Assembly: GCA_963727485.1 (NCBI GenBank)
Contig: CAVSGM010000011.1
Location: 64,001 to 128,000 of the forward strand
Origin: an uncultured delta proteobacterium
GTDB lineage: Bacteria > Myxococcota > Myxococcia > SLRQ01
DNA length: 64,000 nt
Direction: 5' to 3'
The position numbers were made by a program, and so were the translations under genes. The notes under the pieces are model-generated. The model searched no databases and was not told the origin of the DNA. It worked only from the letters and a program-made list of their open reading frames with translations. Position 1 is the stretch's first letter; each line of letters starts with the position of its first letter. Below, in pieces: positions 44,906 to 55,707 of this stretch.

Positions 44906-46148
44906 GTTCCGCATGCCCTCGCTCGGCGCGGACATGGAGGCCGGGCGCCTGGTCGAGTGGAAGGTCGCGCCCGGGGACCGGGTGCACCGGGGCGACATCA
45001 TCGCCGTGGTGGAGACGGCGAAGGGCGCCATCGACGTGGAGGTCTTCGAGGACGGGGTGGTGGAGCGGCTCCTGGTGGAGGCGGGGAGCGAGGTGCCGGT
45101 GGGGACGGTGCTGGCGACCCTCGGCGACGGCGCCGGGGCAGAGCCGGTACCGCCTACGCCCGCGCCACCCACTCCACCCGCGCTCGAGCGCGAGCTGGCG
45201 ACGCGGCCGGCGGCGTCCGTGCCGACGCCGGCGCCACGCGCCCCCGCGGGCAACGGCCACCGGCCCACCCGGGTGCGCGCGACCCCCTCGGCGCGCCACC
45301 TCGCCCACGAGCTCGGCGTCGACCTCGGGGCCCTCGGCGCCGGCGGCTCGGTGGTCCACCGGGACGACGTGCGCCGGGCTGCGGGTCCGGCGGCGCCGGT
45401 CGAGGCGCCGGCGTCCCGCCCGGCGGCGCCGCCCACGCCCGCGCGGCCGGCACCCGCCGCGGCGCCGGCACCCGCCGCCGACGCCCAGGCGGCCATGCGC
45501 CGGGCCATCGCCGCGGCCATGGCCCGCTCCAAGCGCGAGATCCCCCACTTCTACCTGGGCGCCACCGCCGACGTCTCCCGGGCCGTCGCCTGGCTCGACG
45601 CCGAGAACGCCGCCCGGGGCCTCGACGACCGGCGGCTCATGGTCAGCCTCCTCCTCCGCGCCGTGGCCCGGTCCCTCGTCGAGCACCCGGCGCTCAACGG
45701 CTTCTACGAGGACGACGCCTTCCGCCCCGCAGACGGGATCCACCTGGGCCTCGCCGTCGCCCTCCGGGGCGGGGGCCTGGTGGCCCCGGCGATCCACCAC
45801 ACCGACCGCCTCGACCTCGACGCCCTCGACGCCGCGGTGAAGGACCTGGTGATCCGGGCCCGGGAGGGGCGCCTGAAGAGCTCCGAGATCGCCGACCCCA
45901 CCCTCACCGTCACCGCCCTCGGGGAGCTCGGGGTGGAGTCGGTCCAGGGGATCATCTACCCGCCCCAGGTGGCCCTGGTGGGCTTCGGCGCCGTGACCCG
46001 GGCGCCGGTGGCGCTTCCCGACGGGGTGGTCGCGCGCCCGGTCGTCCACGTCACCCTCTCGGCGGACCACCGGGTGGTCGACGGCTTCCGGGGGAGCCGC
46101 TTCCTCCAGGCCGTGATCCACCGCCTCGCCAATCCGGAGGTCCCATGA
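44898..46148 (+). CDS. pdhC: Dihydrolipoamide acyltransferase E2
   Basis: Lipoyl ETAKG, ATPSAR binding domain, DHRVVDG. Confidence 0.9.
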   Translation: MSEFRMPSLGADMEAGRLVEWKVAPGDRVHRGDIIAVVETAKGAIDVEVFEDGVVERLLVEAGSEVPVGTVLATLGDGAGAEPVPPTPAPPTPPALERELATRPAASVPTPAPRAPAGNGHRPTRVRATPSARHLAHELGVDLGALGAGGSVVHRDDVRRAAGPAAPVEAPASRPAAPPTPARPAPAAAPAPAADAQAAMRRAIAAAMARSKREIPHFYLGATADVSRAVAWLDAENAARGLDDRRLMVSLLLRAVARSLVEHPALNGFYEDDAFRPADGIHLGLAVALRGGGLVAPAIHHTDRLDLDALDAAVKDLVIRAREGRLKSSEIADPTLTVTALGELGVESVQGIIYPPQVALVGFGAVTRAPVALPDGVVARPVVHVTLSADHRVVDGFRGSRFLQAVIHRLANPEVP

Positions 46149-46402
46149 ACCGCGCCGAGCTCGAAGCCGCCGTCCGCGCCGCCCTCGGGCGCATCGCCCC
46201 CGAGGCCCTCGAGGGCCTCGACGACACCAGGCCCATCCGCGACCAGGCGGAGCTCGACTCCATGGACGTGCTCCGCTTCCTCGCCGCCGTCCGGGACGCC
46301 ACCGGGATCGAGATCCCCGAGGCCGACGCGAGGCGCCTCCACAGCGTCGACGACCTGGTGGGCTACCTCTCGACCCGCCCGTCCGTGGCGGCCCGGCCGT
46401 AG
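46145..46402 (+). CDS. Acyl carrier protein
   Basis: ELDSMD phosphopantetheine motif, GIEIPEAD; ATGA-coupled. Confidence 0.88.
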   Translation: MNRAELEAAVRAALGRIAPEALEGLDDTRPIRDQAELDSMDVLRFLAAVRDATGIEIPEADARRLHSVDDLVGYLSTRPSVAARP

Positions 46403-47283
46403 CCGAAGGGCTCGGCGCGGGCGCGCCAGTCCTCGGGCACCCCGCCGGTGGCCGAGAGGGCCACCACGCCCCCGGCGATGGCACAGGTGGTGTCCCGGTC
46501 CCCGAGACCCGAGACCGTGCTCCACATCGCCGCGGCGTAGTCGTCGAGGTGCCGGGCCGCGCACCAGAGCGCGAACGGCACGGTGTCGGTGGCCAGCACC
46601 TCCTGGCCGCTGCCCAGGCGCTCGGCGGCCTCGTGGCCGGCGAGGTCGAAGCCCAGGTCGAGGGCCAGCTCCAGGCCGTCGCGCACCACCCCGGCCGGCG
46701 TGAAGGTCACGGTGGTGGCCAACAGCTCGGCGCCGTCGCGCACCGGCTCCGACCGCAGGCGCCAGGCCACCGCCGCGGCGACCGCCACCGCCACCGCCCC
46801 GGCCTGCCCCTCGGGGTGGCTGTGGGTCGGCACGGCCGAGGCCCGGGCCTCGTCCACCACCCGGTCCAGGTCCTCGGCGAAGTACGCCCCCAGGGGGGCC
46901 ACCCGCATCGCCGCGCCGTTGCCCATGGACCCCACGCCCCCGTGGACCGACCGGGAGAGCTCGGCCCAGGGCTGCCCGTCGGCGATGCCCTCGAGGATGC
47001 GCGCGGCGGTGGGCCCGTAGCCACGCCAGGGCCGGGCCCGGTACCGGCGGGCGAAGGCCTGGGCGAGGGCGTCGGGATCCGCCCGGCCCCCGGCCTCGAG
47101 GACCTCGACGATGGCGAGCGCCAGCTCGGTGTCGTCGGTGATGGCCCAGGGACCGGGGGGCAGGGTCCGGGTCAGCAGATGCTCCCGGAGCACCTCGGGG
47201 TCGAAGAACCGCTCCCCGAACGCGTCCCCCACCGCGAGACCGGTCAGGGACAGCGCCATCCGCGCGCTGGGTGTTTCGTACAT
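46363..47283 (-). CDS. ADP-ribosylglycohydrolase family protein
   Basis: AVGDAFG, TDDT, GNGAAMR, GDRDTTCAIAG. Confidence 0.92.
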   Translation of the reverse strand: MYETPSARMALSLTGLAVGDAFGERFFDPEVLREHLLTRTLPPGPWAITDDTELALAIVEVLEAGGRADPDALAQAFARRYRARPWRGYGPTAARILEGIADGQPWAELSRSVHGGVGSMGNGAAMRVAPLGAYFAEDLDRVVDEARASAVPTHSHPEGQAGAVAVAVAAAVAWRLRSEPVRDGAELLATTVTFTPAGVVRDGLELALDLGFDLAGHEAAERLGSGQEVLATDTVPFALWCAARHLDDYAAAMWSTVSGLGDRDTTCAIAGGVVALSATGGVPEDWRARAEPFGYGRAATDGRVER

Positions 47284-47418
47284 CGTGAGGCGTCCGCACC
47301 CAATGTGGGACCCCGGGGTCCGCCAGGAAAGGCCCGCGCGCGGTTTGGCGCAGCGCGCCTTGCCCCGGAGGCTGGCAAGGCCGATATGGAGAGGGAACCC
47401 CCAAAGCCGGGAGGCACC

Positions 47419-49035
47419 ATGGAAGCCACGATGATGCAGTACCCCCTGTCGGTGAACCACCTCATCGAGCGCGCCGGTACGCTCTTCGGTGACGTCGAGG
47501 TCGTCAGCCGGATGCCCGACCGGTCGCTGCACCGCCAGACCTACGCCGACACCCTCCGGCGGACCCGGGCGCTGGCCAAGGGCCTGCTCGAGGCCGGCCT
47601 CAAGCCTGGGGACCGGGTGGCCACCCTGATGTGGAACCACTACGCCCACCTGGAGACCTACTTCGGCGCCCCCATGGCCGGCGGGATGTACCACACCCTC
47701 AACCTGCGCCTCGCCCCCGAGGAGATGGCGTACATCATCGACCACGCCGAGGACCGCTACCTCATCGTCGACGACGTGCTGCTGCCCCTCTACCAGCGCA
47801 TCGCCGACCAGGTGAAGTTCGAGAAGGTCTTCGTGGTGCCGCTCACCGGCAAGCCGGTGCCCGACGGCTTCGCGAGCTACGAGGACCTGCTCTCCGAGCC
47901 CGGCGCCGACTGGCAGCCCCCGGAGGTGGACGAGAACGCCGCCATCGGGCTGTGCTACACCTCGGGCACCACCGGCAAGCCCAAGGGCGTGGCCTACTCC
48001 CACCGGGCGCTGGTGCTCCACTCCTTCGCCTCGGCCATGGCCGGGACCCTCGGCCTCTCCGACCACGACACCCTGGTGCCGGTGGTCCCCATGTTCCACG
48101 CCAACGCCTGGGGCCTGCCCTTCACCGCGGCGCTGGTCGGCTGCAAGCAGGTCTTCCCCGGTCCCCACCTCGACCCCGAGAGCCTGCTCCAGCTCTACCA
48201 GGACGAGAAGGTCACCGTCTCCGCCGGGGTGCCCACCATCTGGCTCGGGATCATCCAGACCCTGGAGAAGGATCCCAAGGCCTACGACCTGGTCCCGGGC
48301 CTGCGGATGATCGTCGGCGGGGCCGCGGCGCCCCAGTCGCTCATCCGCGCCTTCGACAAGTTCGACATGCGCGTCATCCACGCCTGGGGCATGACCGAGA
48401 CCACGCCGCTGGGCTCGGTGGCCTCGCTCAAGCCCAAGATGGAGAGCTGGCCCGAGGACGACCAGTACGCCATCCGCGCCAAGCAGGGCCTCCCGGCGCC
48501 CTTCGTGGAGATCCGCGCCCGGGGCGACAAGGACCTGGTGCCCTGGGACGGCAAGAGCTACGGCGAGCTGGAGGTGCGCGGCCCCTGGGTGGCGTCGGGC
48601 TACTTCCACACCGACCTGGGCAAGGACAAGTGGACCCGCGACGGCTGGTTCCGCACCGGCGACGTGGTGACCATCGACAAGGAGGGCTACCTCCAGATCG
48701 TCGACCGCACCAAGGATCTGGTGAAGTCCGGCGGCGAGTGGATCAGCTCGGTGGACATGGAGAACCTGCTCATGGGCCACCCGGCGGTGGCCGAGGCCGC
48801 GGTGATCGCCATCCCCGACGAGAAGTGGGGCGAGCGGCCGCTGGCGGTGGTGGTGTTCAAGGAGGGCCAGAGCGCCACCGAGGACGCGCTGCGCGAGCAC
48901 CTCTCGAAGGACTTCGCCAAGTGGGCGATCCCCGAGCGCTTCGAGATCCGCAAGGAGATCCCCCGGACCGCCACCGGCAAGTTCCTCAAGCGCGCCCTGC
49001 GCGCCGAGCTCGGCGAGGAGAAGCCGGGGAGCTGA
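47419..49035 (+). CDS. Medium/long-chain fatty acid--CoA ligase (AlkK/DmdB-like)
   Basis: YTSGTTGKPKG, PMFHANAWG, WGMTET, KSGGEWISS. Confidence 0.92.
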   Translation: MEATMMQYPLSVNHLIERAGTLFGDVEVVSRMPDRSLHRQTYADTLRRTRALAKGLLEAGLKPGDRVATLMWNHYAHLETYFGAPMAGGMYHTLNLRLAPEEMAYIIDHAEDRYLIVDDVLLPLYQRIADQVKFEKVFVVPLTGKPVPDGFASYEDLLSEPGADWQPPEVDENAAIGLCYTSGTTGKPKGVAYSHRALVLHSFASAMAGTLGLSDHDTLVPVVPMFHANAWGLPFTAALVGCKQVFPGPHLDPESLLQLYQDEKVTVSAGVPTIWLGIIQTLEKDPKAYDLVPGLRMIVGGAAAPQSLIRAFDKFDMRVIHAWGMTETTPLGSVASLKPKMESWPEDDQYAIRAKQGLPAPFVEIRARGDKDLVPWDGKSYGELEVRGPWVASGYFHTDLGKDKWTRDGWFRTGDVVTIDKEGYLQIVDRTKDLVKSGGEWISSVDMENLLMGHPAVAEAAVIAIPDEKWGERPLAVVVFKEGQSATEDALREHLSKDFAKWAIPERFEIRKEIPRTATGKFLKRALRAELGEEKPGS

Positions 49036-49626
49036 TCAGCGCGTCTGGCGCCGGCGGCCCGGGCGGCCCACCTCACCGTGGCGGAAGCACCCGGTGAGGT
49101 GGTCGTTGACCAGGCCGCAGGCCTGGAGGTGCGAGTAGGCGATGGTGGGGCCGTAGAAGCGGAAGCCCCGCTGCTTGAGGGCCCTCGCCAGGGCCTCGCT
49201 CTCCTTCGTCTTCGCCGGGACGTCCTCCAGGCGGCGCCAGTGGTTCACCCGGGGCTCGCCGCCCACGAACGACCAGAGGAAGCGGTCGAAGCCGCCCGCC
49301 TCCCCGGCGAGCTCGAGGAACGCCCGGGCGTTGCCGATGGCCGCCTCGATCTTGGCGCGGTTGCGGACGATGGCCGCGTCCTCCAGGAGCCGGGCCACGT
49401 CCCGGGCCCCGAAGCGCGCCACCTGCTCGGGGTCGAAGCCGGCGAAGGCGCGCCGGTACCCCTCGCGCTTGCGGAGGATGGTGATCCACGAGAGCCCCGC
49501 CTGGGCGCTCTCCAGGATCATGAACTCGAAGTGGCGGCGATCGTCGTGGACCGGCACGCCCCACTCGTCGTCGTGGTAGGCGACGTAGAGGGGATCGTCT
49601 CCGGCCCAGGGGCAGCGTGTGGGCAT
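49036..49626 (-). CDS. tag: DNA-3-methyladenine glycosylase I
   Basis: RCPW, YHDDEWG, QAGLSW, NDHLTGC. Confidence 0.95.
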   Translation of the reverse strand: MPTRCPWAGDDPLYVAYHDDEWGVPVHDDRRHFEFMILESAQAGLSWITILRKREGYRRAFAGFDPEQVARFGARDVARLLEDAAIVRNRAKIEAAIGNARAFLELAGEAGGFDRFLWSFVGGEPRVNHWRRLEDVPAKTKESEALARALKQRGFRFYGPTIAYSHLQACGLVNDHLTGCFRHGEVGRPGRRRQTR

Positions 49627-49765
49627 GGGCGACGGGTACGACGGATGCGGGGATCCGGGCAAGGGGCGCGACGGACGCCGGGGAACATCGATTCCTCGCG
49701 CTTCGTTGCACCCTCGACCCGCTGGCGTTACAAGCGCCGGTTCCACCTGAACCGAAGGAGCCACC

Positions 49766-50272
49766 GTGGCCGAAACCCTACTCATCGGCGATGGCACCGT
49801 CGTCGCGTTCCACTACCGCCTCTCCAACGACGCCGGAGACGTCCTCGACTCCTCCGAGGGCAAGGAGCCCCTCTCCTACCTCCAGGGCGCCGGCAACATC
49901 GTCCCGGGCCTCGAGCGCCAGATGCAGGGCCACGTGGCCGGGGACGCCTTCGAGGCGGTGGTCCCGCCGGCCGAGGGCTACGGCGACCGCCAGCCCGTCC
50001 CCGCCCAGGCCCTGCCCCGGTCGAGCTTCCCCGAGGGCGTCGAGCTCCAGGCCGGCATGGGCTTCATCGCCCAGGGCCCCAGCGGCCAGGACATCCCCCT
50101 CTTCATCGTCTCCGTCGGCGACGACGAGGTGAAGGTCGACGTGGACCACCCGCTGGCCGGCGAGACCCTCCACTTCAACGTGGAGGTGGTCTCGGTGCGC
50201 GCCGCCTCCGACGAGGAGAAGCAGCACGGCCACCCCCACGGCCCCGAGGGGCACGGCCACCACCACGGGTAG
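49766..50272 (+). CDS. slyD: FKBP-type peptidyl-prolyl isomerase with His-rich tail
   Basis: PAEGYG, DHPLAGETLHF, HGHPHGPEGHGHHHG. Confidence 0.93.
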   Translation: MAETLLIGDGTVVAFHYRLSNDAGDVLDSSEGKEPLSYLQGAGNIVPGLERQMQGHVAGDAFEAVVPPAEGYGDRQPVPAQALPRSSFPEGVELQAGMGFIAQGPSGQDIPLFIVSVGDDEVKVDVDHPLAGETLHFNVEVVSVRAASDEEKQHGHPHGPEGHGHHHG

Positions 50273-50364
50273 CCGCGCCGCGCGACACCCGGGCCCGTGA
50301 CGGGCCCACGCCGCGCCCTTGCGCCGCCTCCCCGGGGACCAAGGTTCCCAGGAGGAGGTGACGC

Positions 50365-51291
50365 ATGGGGCGTGGCACGCAGCTTCGCCGAGGGGCGGTC
50401 GTCGGTCGCCGGGGTCGGGTTGCCCGGTACGGCGTCCTCGCCGGCCTGGTCCTGGGACTGGCCCCGGGCCCCGCCCGCGCCGCCGACCGGCTCCAGGTCT
50501 TCGTCAGCATCCTCCCGGAGCGGGCGCTGGTGCAGGCCGTCGGTGGCGACCTGGTGTCGGTCACCGTCCTGGTGGGTCCGGGACGGAGCCCCGAGACCTA
50601 CGCCCCCTCGCCGCGGCAGCTCGAGGCCCTGGGCCGGGCGCAGCTCTACCTGGCCATCGGCGTGCCCTTCGAGTCGGTGTGGCTCCCGCGGATCCACGCG
50701 GCCCAACCGGCGTTGCCCATCGTCCACCTGGAGCAGGGGATCCCAAGGCGCCCGGTGGTCGGCGTCGACGGCCAGCCCGTCCCCGGGGGACCGCCGGATC
50801 CCCACCTGTGGCTGGCACCGCCGCTGGCGAAGCGGCTGGTGGCCCACGTGGAGGCGGCGCTCGTCGCCCGGGACCCGGCCCACACTGCCGAGTACCGGGA
50901 GAACGCCGCGCGCTTCAACGCCAGGCTGGGCACCCTCGACACCTGGATCCGCGCCCGCCTCGCGCCCTACCGGGGCCGGACGATCCTCGTGTTCCACCCC
51001 GCCTGGGGCTACTACGCCGACGCCTACGGCCTCACCGAGCTGCCCATCGAGATCGCGGGCAAGCCTCCTGGGGCGAGGCGCCTCGCCGCGATCCTCGACC
51101 TCGCCCGGACGCGGCGGGTGCGCACGGTCTTCGTCCAGCCCCAGTTCTCCGACGCCCTGGCGCACACCGTAGCCCGGAGCCTCGGGGCGAAGGTGGTCGC
51201 CGTCGATCCCCTCGCCGCCGACTACCTGGCGAACCTCCGGTCGGCCACCGAGGCCTTCGTCGCCGCCTTTGCCCGGGAGCCGTCGCCGTGA
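50365..51291 (+). CDS. znuA: Zn/Mn ABC transporter substrate-binding protein
   Basis: SPETYAP, DPHLWL, FHPAWGYY, VDPLA. Confidence 0.85.
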   Translation: MGRGTQLRRGAVVGRRGRVARYGVLAGLVLGLAPGPARAADRLQVFVSILPERALVQAVGGDLVSVTVLVGPGRSPETYAPSPRQLEALGRAQLYLAIGVPFESVWLPRIHAAQPALPIVHLEQGIPRRPVVGVDGQPVPGGPPDPHLWLAPPLAKRLVAHVEAALVARDPAHTAEYRENAARFNARLGTLDTWIRARLAPYRGRTILVFHPAWGYYADAYGLTELPIEIAGKPPGARRLAAILDLARTRRVRTVFVQPQFSDALAHTVARSLGAKVVAVDPLAADYLANLRSATEAFVAAFAREPSP

Positions 51292-52092
51292 CCGGCCCGG
51301 CCGCCCCCACCGCGACGCTTGGCCGCGGCGACGCCACGGCCGCGCCCGCCGTCGCCCTCCGCGGCGTCTCCTTCGCCTACGACGGCTTGGCGGTCCTCGA
51401 GGACGTGGACCTGGTGATCCCTGCCGGCGACTTCCTGGGCCTCGTCGGGCCCAATGGCGGCGGCAAGAGCACCCTCCTCAAGCTCATCCTCGGCCTCCTG
51501 GCGCCGGACACCGGCACGGTGCGGGTCCTCGGCGTGCCCCCGTCCCGCCGCCGGGTCGACATCGGCTACGTGCCCCAGTTCGCCAGCTTCAACCGCGCCT
51601 TCCCCATCTCCGTGGCGGACACGGTGCTCATGGGCCGCCTCGGCCGCACCGCGCCCCTCTTCGGCTACCGGCGCCGGGACCGGGAGGTCGCCGAGCAGGC
51701 GATGGTCGACATGGACGTGGCGGACCTTCGCCGCCGCCCCATCGGCGCCCTCTCCGGGGGCCAGCTCCAGCGGGTCCTCCTCGCCCGGGCGCTCGCCAGC
51801 GAGCCGCGGATCCTCCTCCTCGACGAGCCCACCGCCAACGTCGACCCGCGCGTGGAGAAGACCGTCTTCGATCTCCTCGACGACCTGCGCGGCCGGCTGA
51901 CCATCGTGGTGGTCTCCCATGACATCGGCTTCATCGCAGGGCACGTGGAGGTGGTCGCCTGCCTCAACCGGCGGCTGGTCTGCCACCAGGCCACGGCCCT
52001 CACCGGCGAGATCATCGAGCAGCCTCTACGGCGCGCCGGTCCACCGGATCCGCCACGACACCCGCGTGGATTTGGGCGGAGGCGGGGAGTGA
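51288..52092 (+). CDS. znuC: Zn/Mn ABC transporter ATPase; apparent +1 frameshift at ~52023
   Basis: GPNGGGKST, LSGGQLQR, LLDEP; the expected tail LYGAPVHRIRH lies in the next frame and ends at a GTGA overlap. Confidence 0.85.
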
Positions 52093-52988
52093 GCGGCTTC
52101 CTCCACGCCCTCGTCACCCAGGGCTTCCTCCAGCGGGCGCTCCTGGCTGGCCTCCTCGCCGCCGTGGGCTGCGGCGTCGTGGGCACCTATGTCGTCACCC
52201 GGCGCATCGGCTACCTCGCCGGGGGCATCGCCCACACCGTCCTGGGGGGCATGGGCATCGCCTACTTCCTCGGGGCCGCGCCCATGACCGGGGCGGTGGT
52301 GGCGGCGCTCTTCGCTGCCGGGGTCATCGGCTGGGTGAGCCTCTCGCAGCGCGCCGAGGAGGACGTGCTCATCGGTGCCTTCTGGGCGGTGGGCATGGCG
52401 CTGGGCGTGGTCTTCCTCTCCCGGAGCCCCGGCTACAACGTCGACCTGATGAGCTACCTGTTCGGGAGCATCCTCCTGGTGCCCGCCGGCGACCTCTGGC
52501 TCATGGGCGCCCTCGATCTCGCCATCGGGGTCACCGTGGCGCTGTTCTGGAAGCAGCTGCTCGCCGTGGCCTTCGACGAGACCTTCGCGCGGCTGCGGGG
52601 GGTGGCGGTGGGCGCGGTGTACATCCTCCTCCTGGCGATGGTGGCGCTTACCGTGGTCCTCCTCATCCGCGTCGTGGGCCTGGTGCTGGTCATCGCCCTG
52701 CTCACCCTCCCGGCGGCCATCGCCGGCCAGTACCGGCGCACGGTCCTGGGGATGATGGTCCTGGCGACGGTCCTCGGCGCGGCGTTCACCGTCCTCGGTC
52801 TCTGGGTGAGCTACGGCCCGGACCTCCCCGCCGGCGCCACCATCATCCTGGTCGCCGGGGTCGCCTACGTGGGGTCCACGGGGATCGTCAGCCTGCGTCG
52901 GTGGCGGCGGGCCCGGGCGCGGCGGGACGCGCGGGCACGAGCACCCGGAGGAGCACCAGGGCCAGGAGCGCCAGGCCGGCGCTGGTGA
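52089..52988 (+). CDS. znuB: Zn/Mn ABC transporter permease
   Basis: GIAHTVLGG, DLMSYLFGSIL, FDETFA, LTLPAA. Confidence 0.88.
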   Translation: MSGFLHALVTQGFLQRALLAGLLAAVGCGVVGTYVVTRRIGYLAGGIAHTVLGGMGIAYFLGAAPMTGAVVAALFAAGVIGWVSLSQRAEEDVLIGAFWAVGMALGVVFLSRSPGYNVDLMSYLFGSILLVPAGDLWLMGALDLAIGVTVALFWKQLLAVAFDETFARLRGVAVGAVYILLLAMVALTVVLLIRVVGLVLVIALLTLPAAIAGQYRRTVLGMMVLATVLGAAFTVLGLWVSYGPDLPAGATIILVAGVAYVGSTGIVSLRRWRRARARRDARARAPGGAPGPGAPGRRW

Positions 52989-54150
52989 GGAACGCGGCGC
53001 GGCTCCCGTAGGCGTCCCAGAGGGCGCCGAAGAGGACCGAGGCGGGCAGGGTGAGCACGCCCACCGTGAGGTGGAACCACCCGAAGGCGGTGCCCCGGCT
53101 CGTCTCCGGTACCGCCGCGGCGACCAGGGCCTTCTGGGCGCCGACGGTGAGCCCGTCGTAGAGGCCGTAGACCATGAAGAGGGCGGCGACGGTCCACTGG
53201 TCGCCGGCGAAGGCGAAGCCCACGTAGACCGCCACGAAGATGATCCACCCGGCGGTGATGGCGGCGCGGGGGCCCCGGCTGTCGGCGAGCCGGCCCCCGG
53301 GGATCGAGGTCGCCGAGCGCACCACGTGGAGGCCGATCCAGAGCAGCGGCAGGCCGTAGAGGGGCGTCTTCTCGGCGCCGGCCTTCAGCAGCAGGAACAC
53401 GTCGGTGCTGTTGCCCAGGGTGAACACGGCGAGCGGCAAGAGGAAGCGCAGGAGGCCGGGCGGGGCACCGGCGAGCAGGGGCGCCTTCTCGGGCACCGGG
53501 CCGCGGACCTCCCGGACCCCGAAGAAGAGCACCGCCAGGGTGAGCGCCGCCGGCAGGGCCGACCACCAGAACACCGTGCGCAGGTGCTGCCCCGCGAGGG
53601 CGAGGACCAGGAGCGCCAGGAGCGGACCCACGATGGCGCCGAGGTGGTCGAGGGCCTGGTGGAAGCCGAAGGCCGTGCCCCGCCGGGTGTCGTCGACCGA
53701 GGCGGCGATGAGGCTGTCCCGGGGGCTGGTGCGCAGGCCCTTGCCGGTGCGGTCGACGACCCGGATGCCCAGGACCTGGAGCGGGGTGGCGGTGGCGGCG
53801 ATGAAGGGCCGGGTCACAGCCGAGACCCCGTAGCCCAGAAGGACCCACGGCCGCCGCCGTCCGGTGCGGTCGGCGAGCCAGCCGCTGCCGAGCTTGAGCA
53901 CCGAGGCGACCATGTCGGCGGTGCCCTCGATGAGCCCGAGCGCCAGGGCCCCGCCTCCGAGCACCGTGGTCACGAACGCCGGGAGCAGCGGGAGGATCAT
54001 CTCCGTGGAGGCGTCGTTGAACAGGCTCACCAGGCCCAGCGCCAGGACGTTGCGGGTGAGCCAGGGCCACCGGGCCCAGAGGGGGACGTCGGCGCCGACG
54101 GGCGCGGGGCCGGCGTCGAGAGGGCGCGGCGGTTGGGGGTCGGCGGCCAT
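52888..54150 (-). CDS. MFS transporter
   Basis: DASTEMI.P, GWLADRTGRRR, GKGLRTSPRD; about 12 TM. Confidence 0.92.
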   Translation of the reverse strand: MAADPQPPRPLDAGPAPVGADVPLWARWPWLTRNVLALGLVSLFNDASTEMILPLLPAFVTTVLGGGALALGLIEGTADMVASVLKLGSGWLADRTGRRRPWVLLGYGVSAVTRPFIAATATPLQVLGIRVVDRTGKGLRTSPRDSLIAASVDDTRRGTAFGFHQALDHLGAIVGPLLALLVLALAGQHLRTVFWWSALPAALTLAVLFFGVREVRGPVPEKAPLLAGAPPGLLRFLLPLAVFTLGNSTDVFLLLKAGAEKTPLYGLPLLWIGLHVVRSATSIPGGRLADSRGPRAAITAGWIIFVAVYVGFAFAGDQWTVAALFMVYGLYDGLTVGAQKALVAAAVPETSRGTAFGWFHLTVGVLTLPASVLFGALWDAYGSRAAFLTSAGLALLALVLLRVLVPARPAAPGPAATDAG

Positions 54151-54207
54151 CGCCGGGCATCATCGCCCACGGCGGCGGCGGTGGCGAGGCGCCGTGCCCG
54201 CGCCGGG

Positions 54208-55707
54208 TCAGAGCCCGAGGTGCTTGCGCCAGCGCCAGAGGGTGGCCCGGCTGATGCCCAGGCGCCTCGCCGCGCGACCCAGGTGCCCGCCCTCGGCGGC
54301 CAGGGCCGCGCGGACGCGCCCGGCCCGGGCGGCGTCGGACTCGGGGCCGTCGGCGCCGCCGCCCGCCGCGGCGCCGTCCGCACCCCCGGCCCCGGTCGCG
54401 TAGGCCTCCTCGCCGGAAGCCTCGGCCACCCGGTCTGCCGACCTTCCCGCGCCCGCCCCGCCCGGCTCCACCCGCGGCCCCGGCCCCGGCGTCTGCAGCT
54501 CCGGGGGCAGGTCGTCGAGCTCCAGCTCGGTCCCCCGTCCCACGGCGAAGGCGTAGGCCACCACGTTGGCGAGCTCCCGGACGTTCCCCGGCCACCGGTG
54601 GTCGATGAGGGCGCGCATGGCCTCGGGGCTCACCGTCTCCACCCGCCGGCGCCCGGCCTCGTTGTGCCGGGCGATGAAGTGCCACAGCAGCACCTCCACG
54701 TCCTCCCAGCGGTCGCGCAGCGGCGGCAGGAAGATGGGCACCACCCGCAGGCGGTACATCAGGTCGGCGCGGAACTGCCGGTTGGCGACGGCCTCGCGCA
54801 GCGAGCGGTGGGTGGCGGCGACGACCCTCACGTCCACGGGCAGGGGCTCGGTGCCCCCCACCGGCACCACCTCCCGGGCCTCGAGGACCCGCAGGAGCTT
54901 CGCCTGCACCTCGAGCGACAGCTCGGCGACCTCGTCGAGGAAGAGGGTCCCGCCGTCGGCCTGCTCGAAGAGCCCCTTGCGGTCGCGCACCGCTCCGGTG
55001 AAGGCGCCGCGCACATGCCCGAAGAGCTCGGACTCCATGAGGGTCTCGGTGAGGGCGGCGCAGTTCACCGGGACGAAGGGACCCTCGCGCCTCGGGCTCT
55101 CGGCGTGGAGCGCCCGGGCCACCAGCTCCTTGCCCGAGCCGCTCTCGCCGCGGACCAGGGCGGTGGCGTCGGTCTCGGCGACGTTGCGCACCACCTGGAA
55201 CACCCGGCGCATCGCCGGGTCCCGGCTCACCATCCCGTGGAAGACCAGCGGCGCGTCCTCGGGGGGCGCCTCGGCGGGCTCGGCGTCGGGGACGGCGGGG
55301 GTGAGGATCTCGATGCCCCCGAGGAAGTCCCCGTCGTCGTCGAAGAAGGCCCGGGCGGTCTTGTGCATCCGGATGGGGGTGCCGTCGGCCCGGTGGAGGA
55401 CCAGCGGCTGGTCCCGGAAGGCGCCGACCTCGGCGAGGCCGCAGCCGCGCATGCAGTCCTCGCAGCGGCTCACGTGGAGGCAGTGCTTCCCCAGGACGTC
55501 CGTGGGGTCGTAGCCCAGGAGGCGCCGGGCCCCGTCGCTCCATAGGATCACGTTGCGGTCCCGGTCGACGGCGAAGACCACGGCCCCTGGGGGGAGCCCC
55601 GCCAGACCCGCGAAGGCCTCGGCGGCGCCCACCTCGGCGAGCCAGCCTTCCAGGGCGCTCGACCGGTCCGCCGGCCGCGGCGGTTGTTTCATGTGTGTTT
55701 CAGCCAT
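54208..55707 (-). CDS. sigma54-dependent activator with PAS-like Cys-rich N-terminus
   Basis: GESGSGKE, ESELFGH..GAFTGA, LFLDE, WPGNVREL, Fis HTH; start uncertain. Confidence 0.92.
   Translation of the reverse strand: MAETHMKQPPRPADRSSALEGWLAEVGAAEAFAGLAGLPPGAVVFAVDRDRNVILWSDGARRLLGYDPTDVLGKHCLHVSRCEDCMRGCGLAEVGAFRDQPLVLHRADGTPIRMHKTARAFFDDDGDFLGGIEILTPAVPDAEPAEAPPEDAPLVFHGMVSRDPAMRRVFQVVRNVAETDATALVRGESGSGKELVARALHAESPRREGPFVPVNCAALTETLMESELFGHVRGAFTGAVRDRKGLFEQADGGTLFLDEVAELSLEVQAKLLRVLEAREVVPVGGTEPLPVDVRVVAATHRSLREAVANRQFRADLMYRLRVVPIFLPPLRDRWEDVEVLLWHFIARHNEAGRRRVETVSPEAMRALIDHRWPGNVRELANVVAYAFAVGRGTELELDDLPPELQTPGPGPRVEPGGAGAGRSADRVAEASGEEAYATGAGGADGAAAGGGADGPESDAARAGRVRAALAAEGGHLGRAARRLGISRATLWRWRKHLGL

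Noticed and set aside
46363..47283. ADP-ribosylglycohydrolase as part of a toxin-immunity pair
   Set aside because: No ADP-ribosyltransferase nearby
50319..52988. Apparent 889-aa ZnuC-ZnuB fusion ORF
   Set aside because: An extra C at ~52023 creates it; the normal ZnuC tail and a GTGA overlap exist in the next frame
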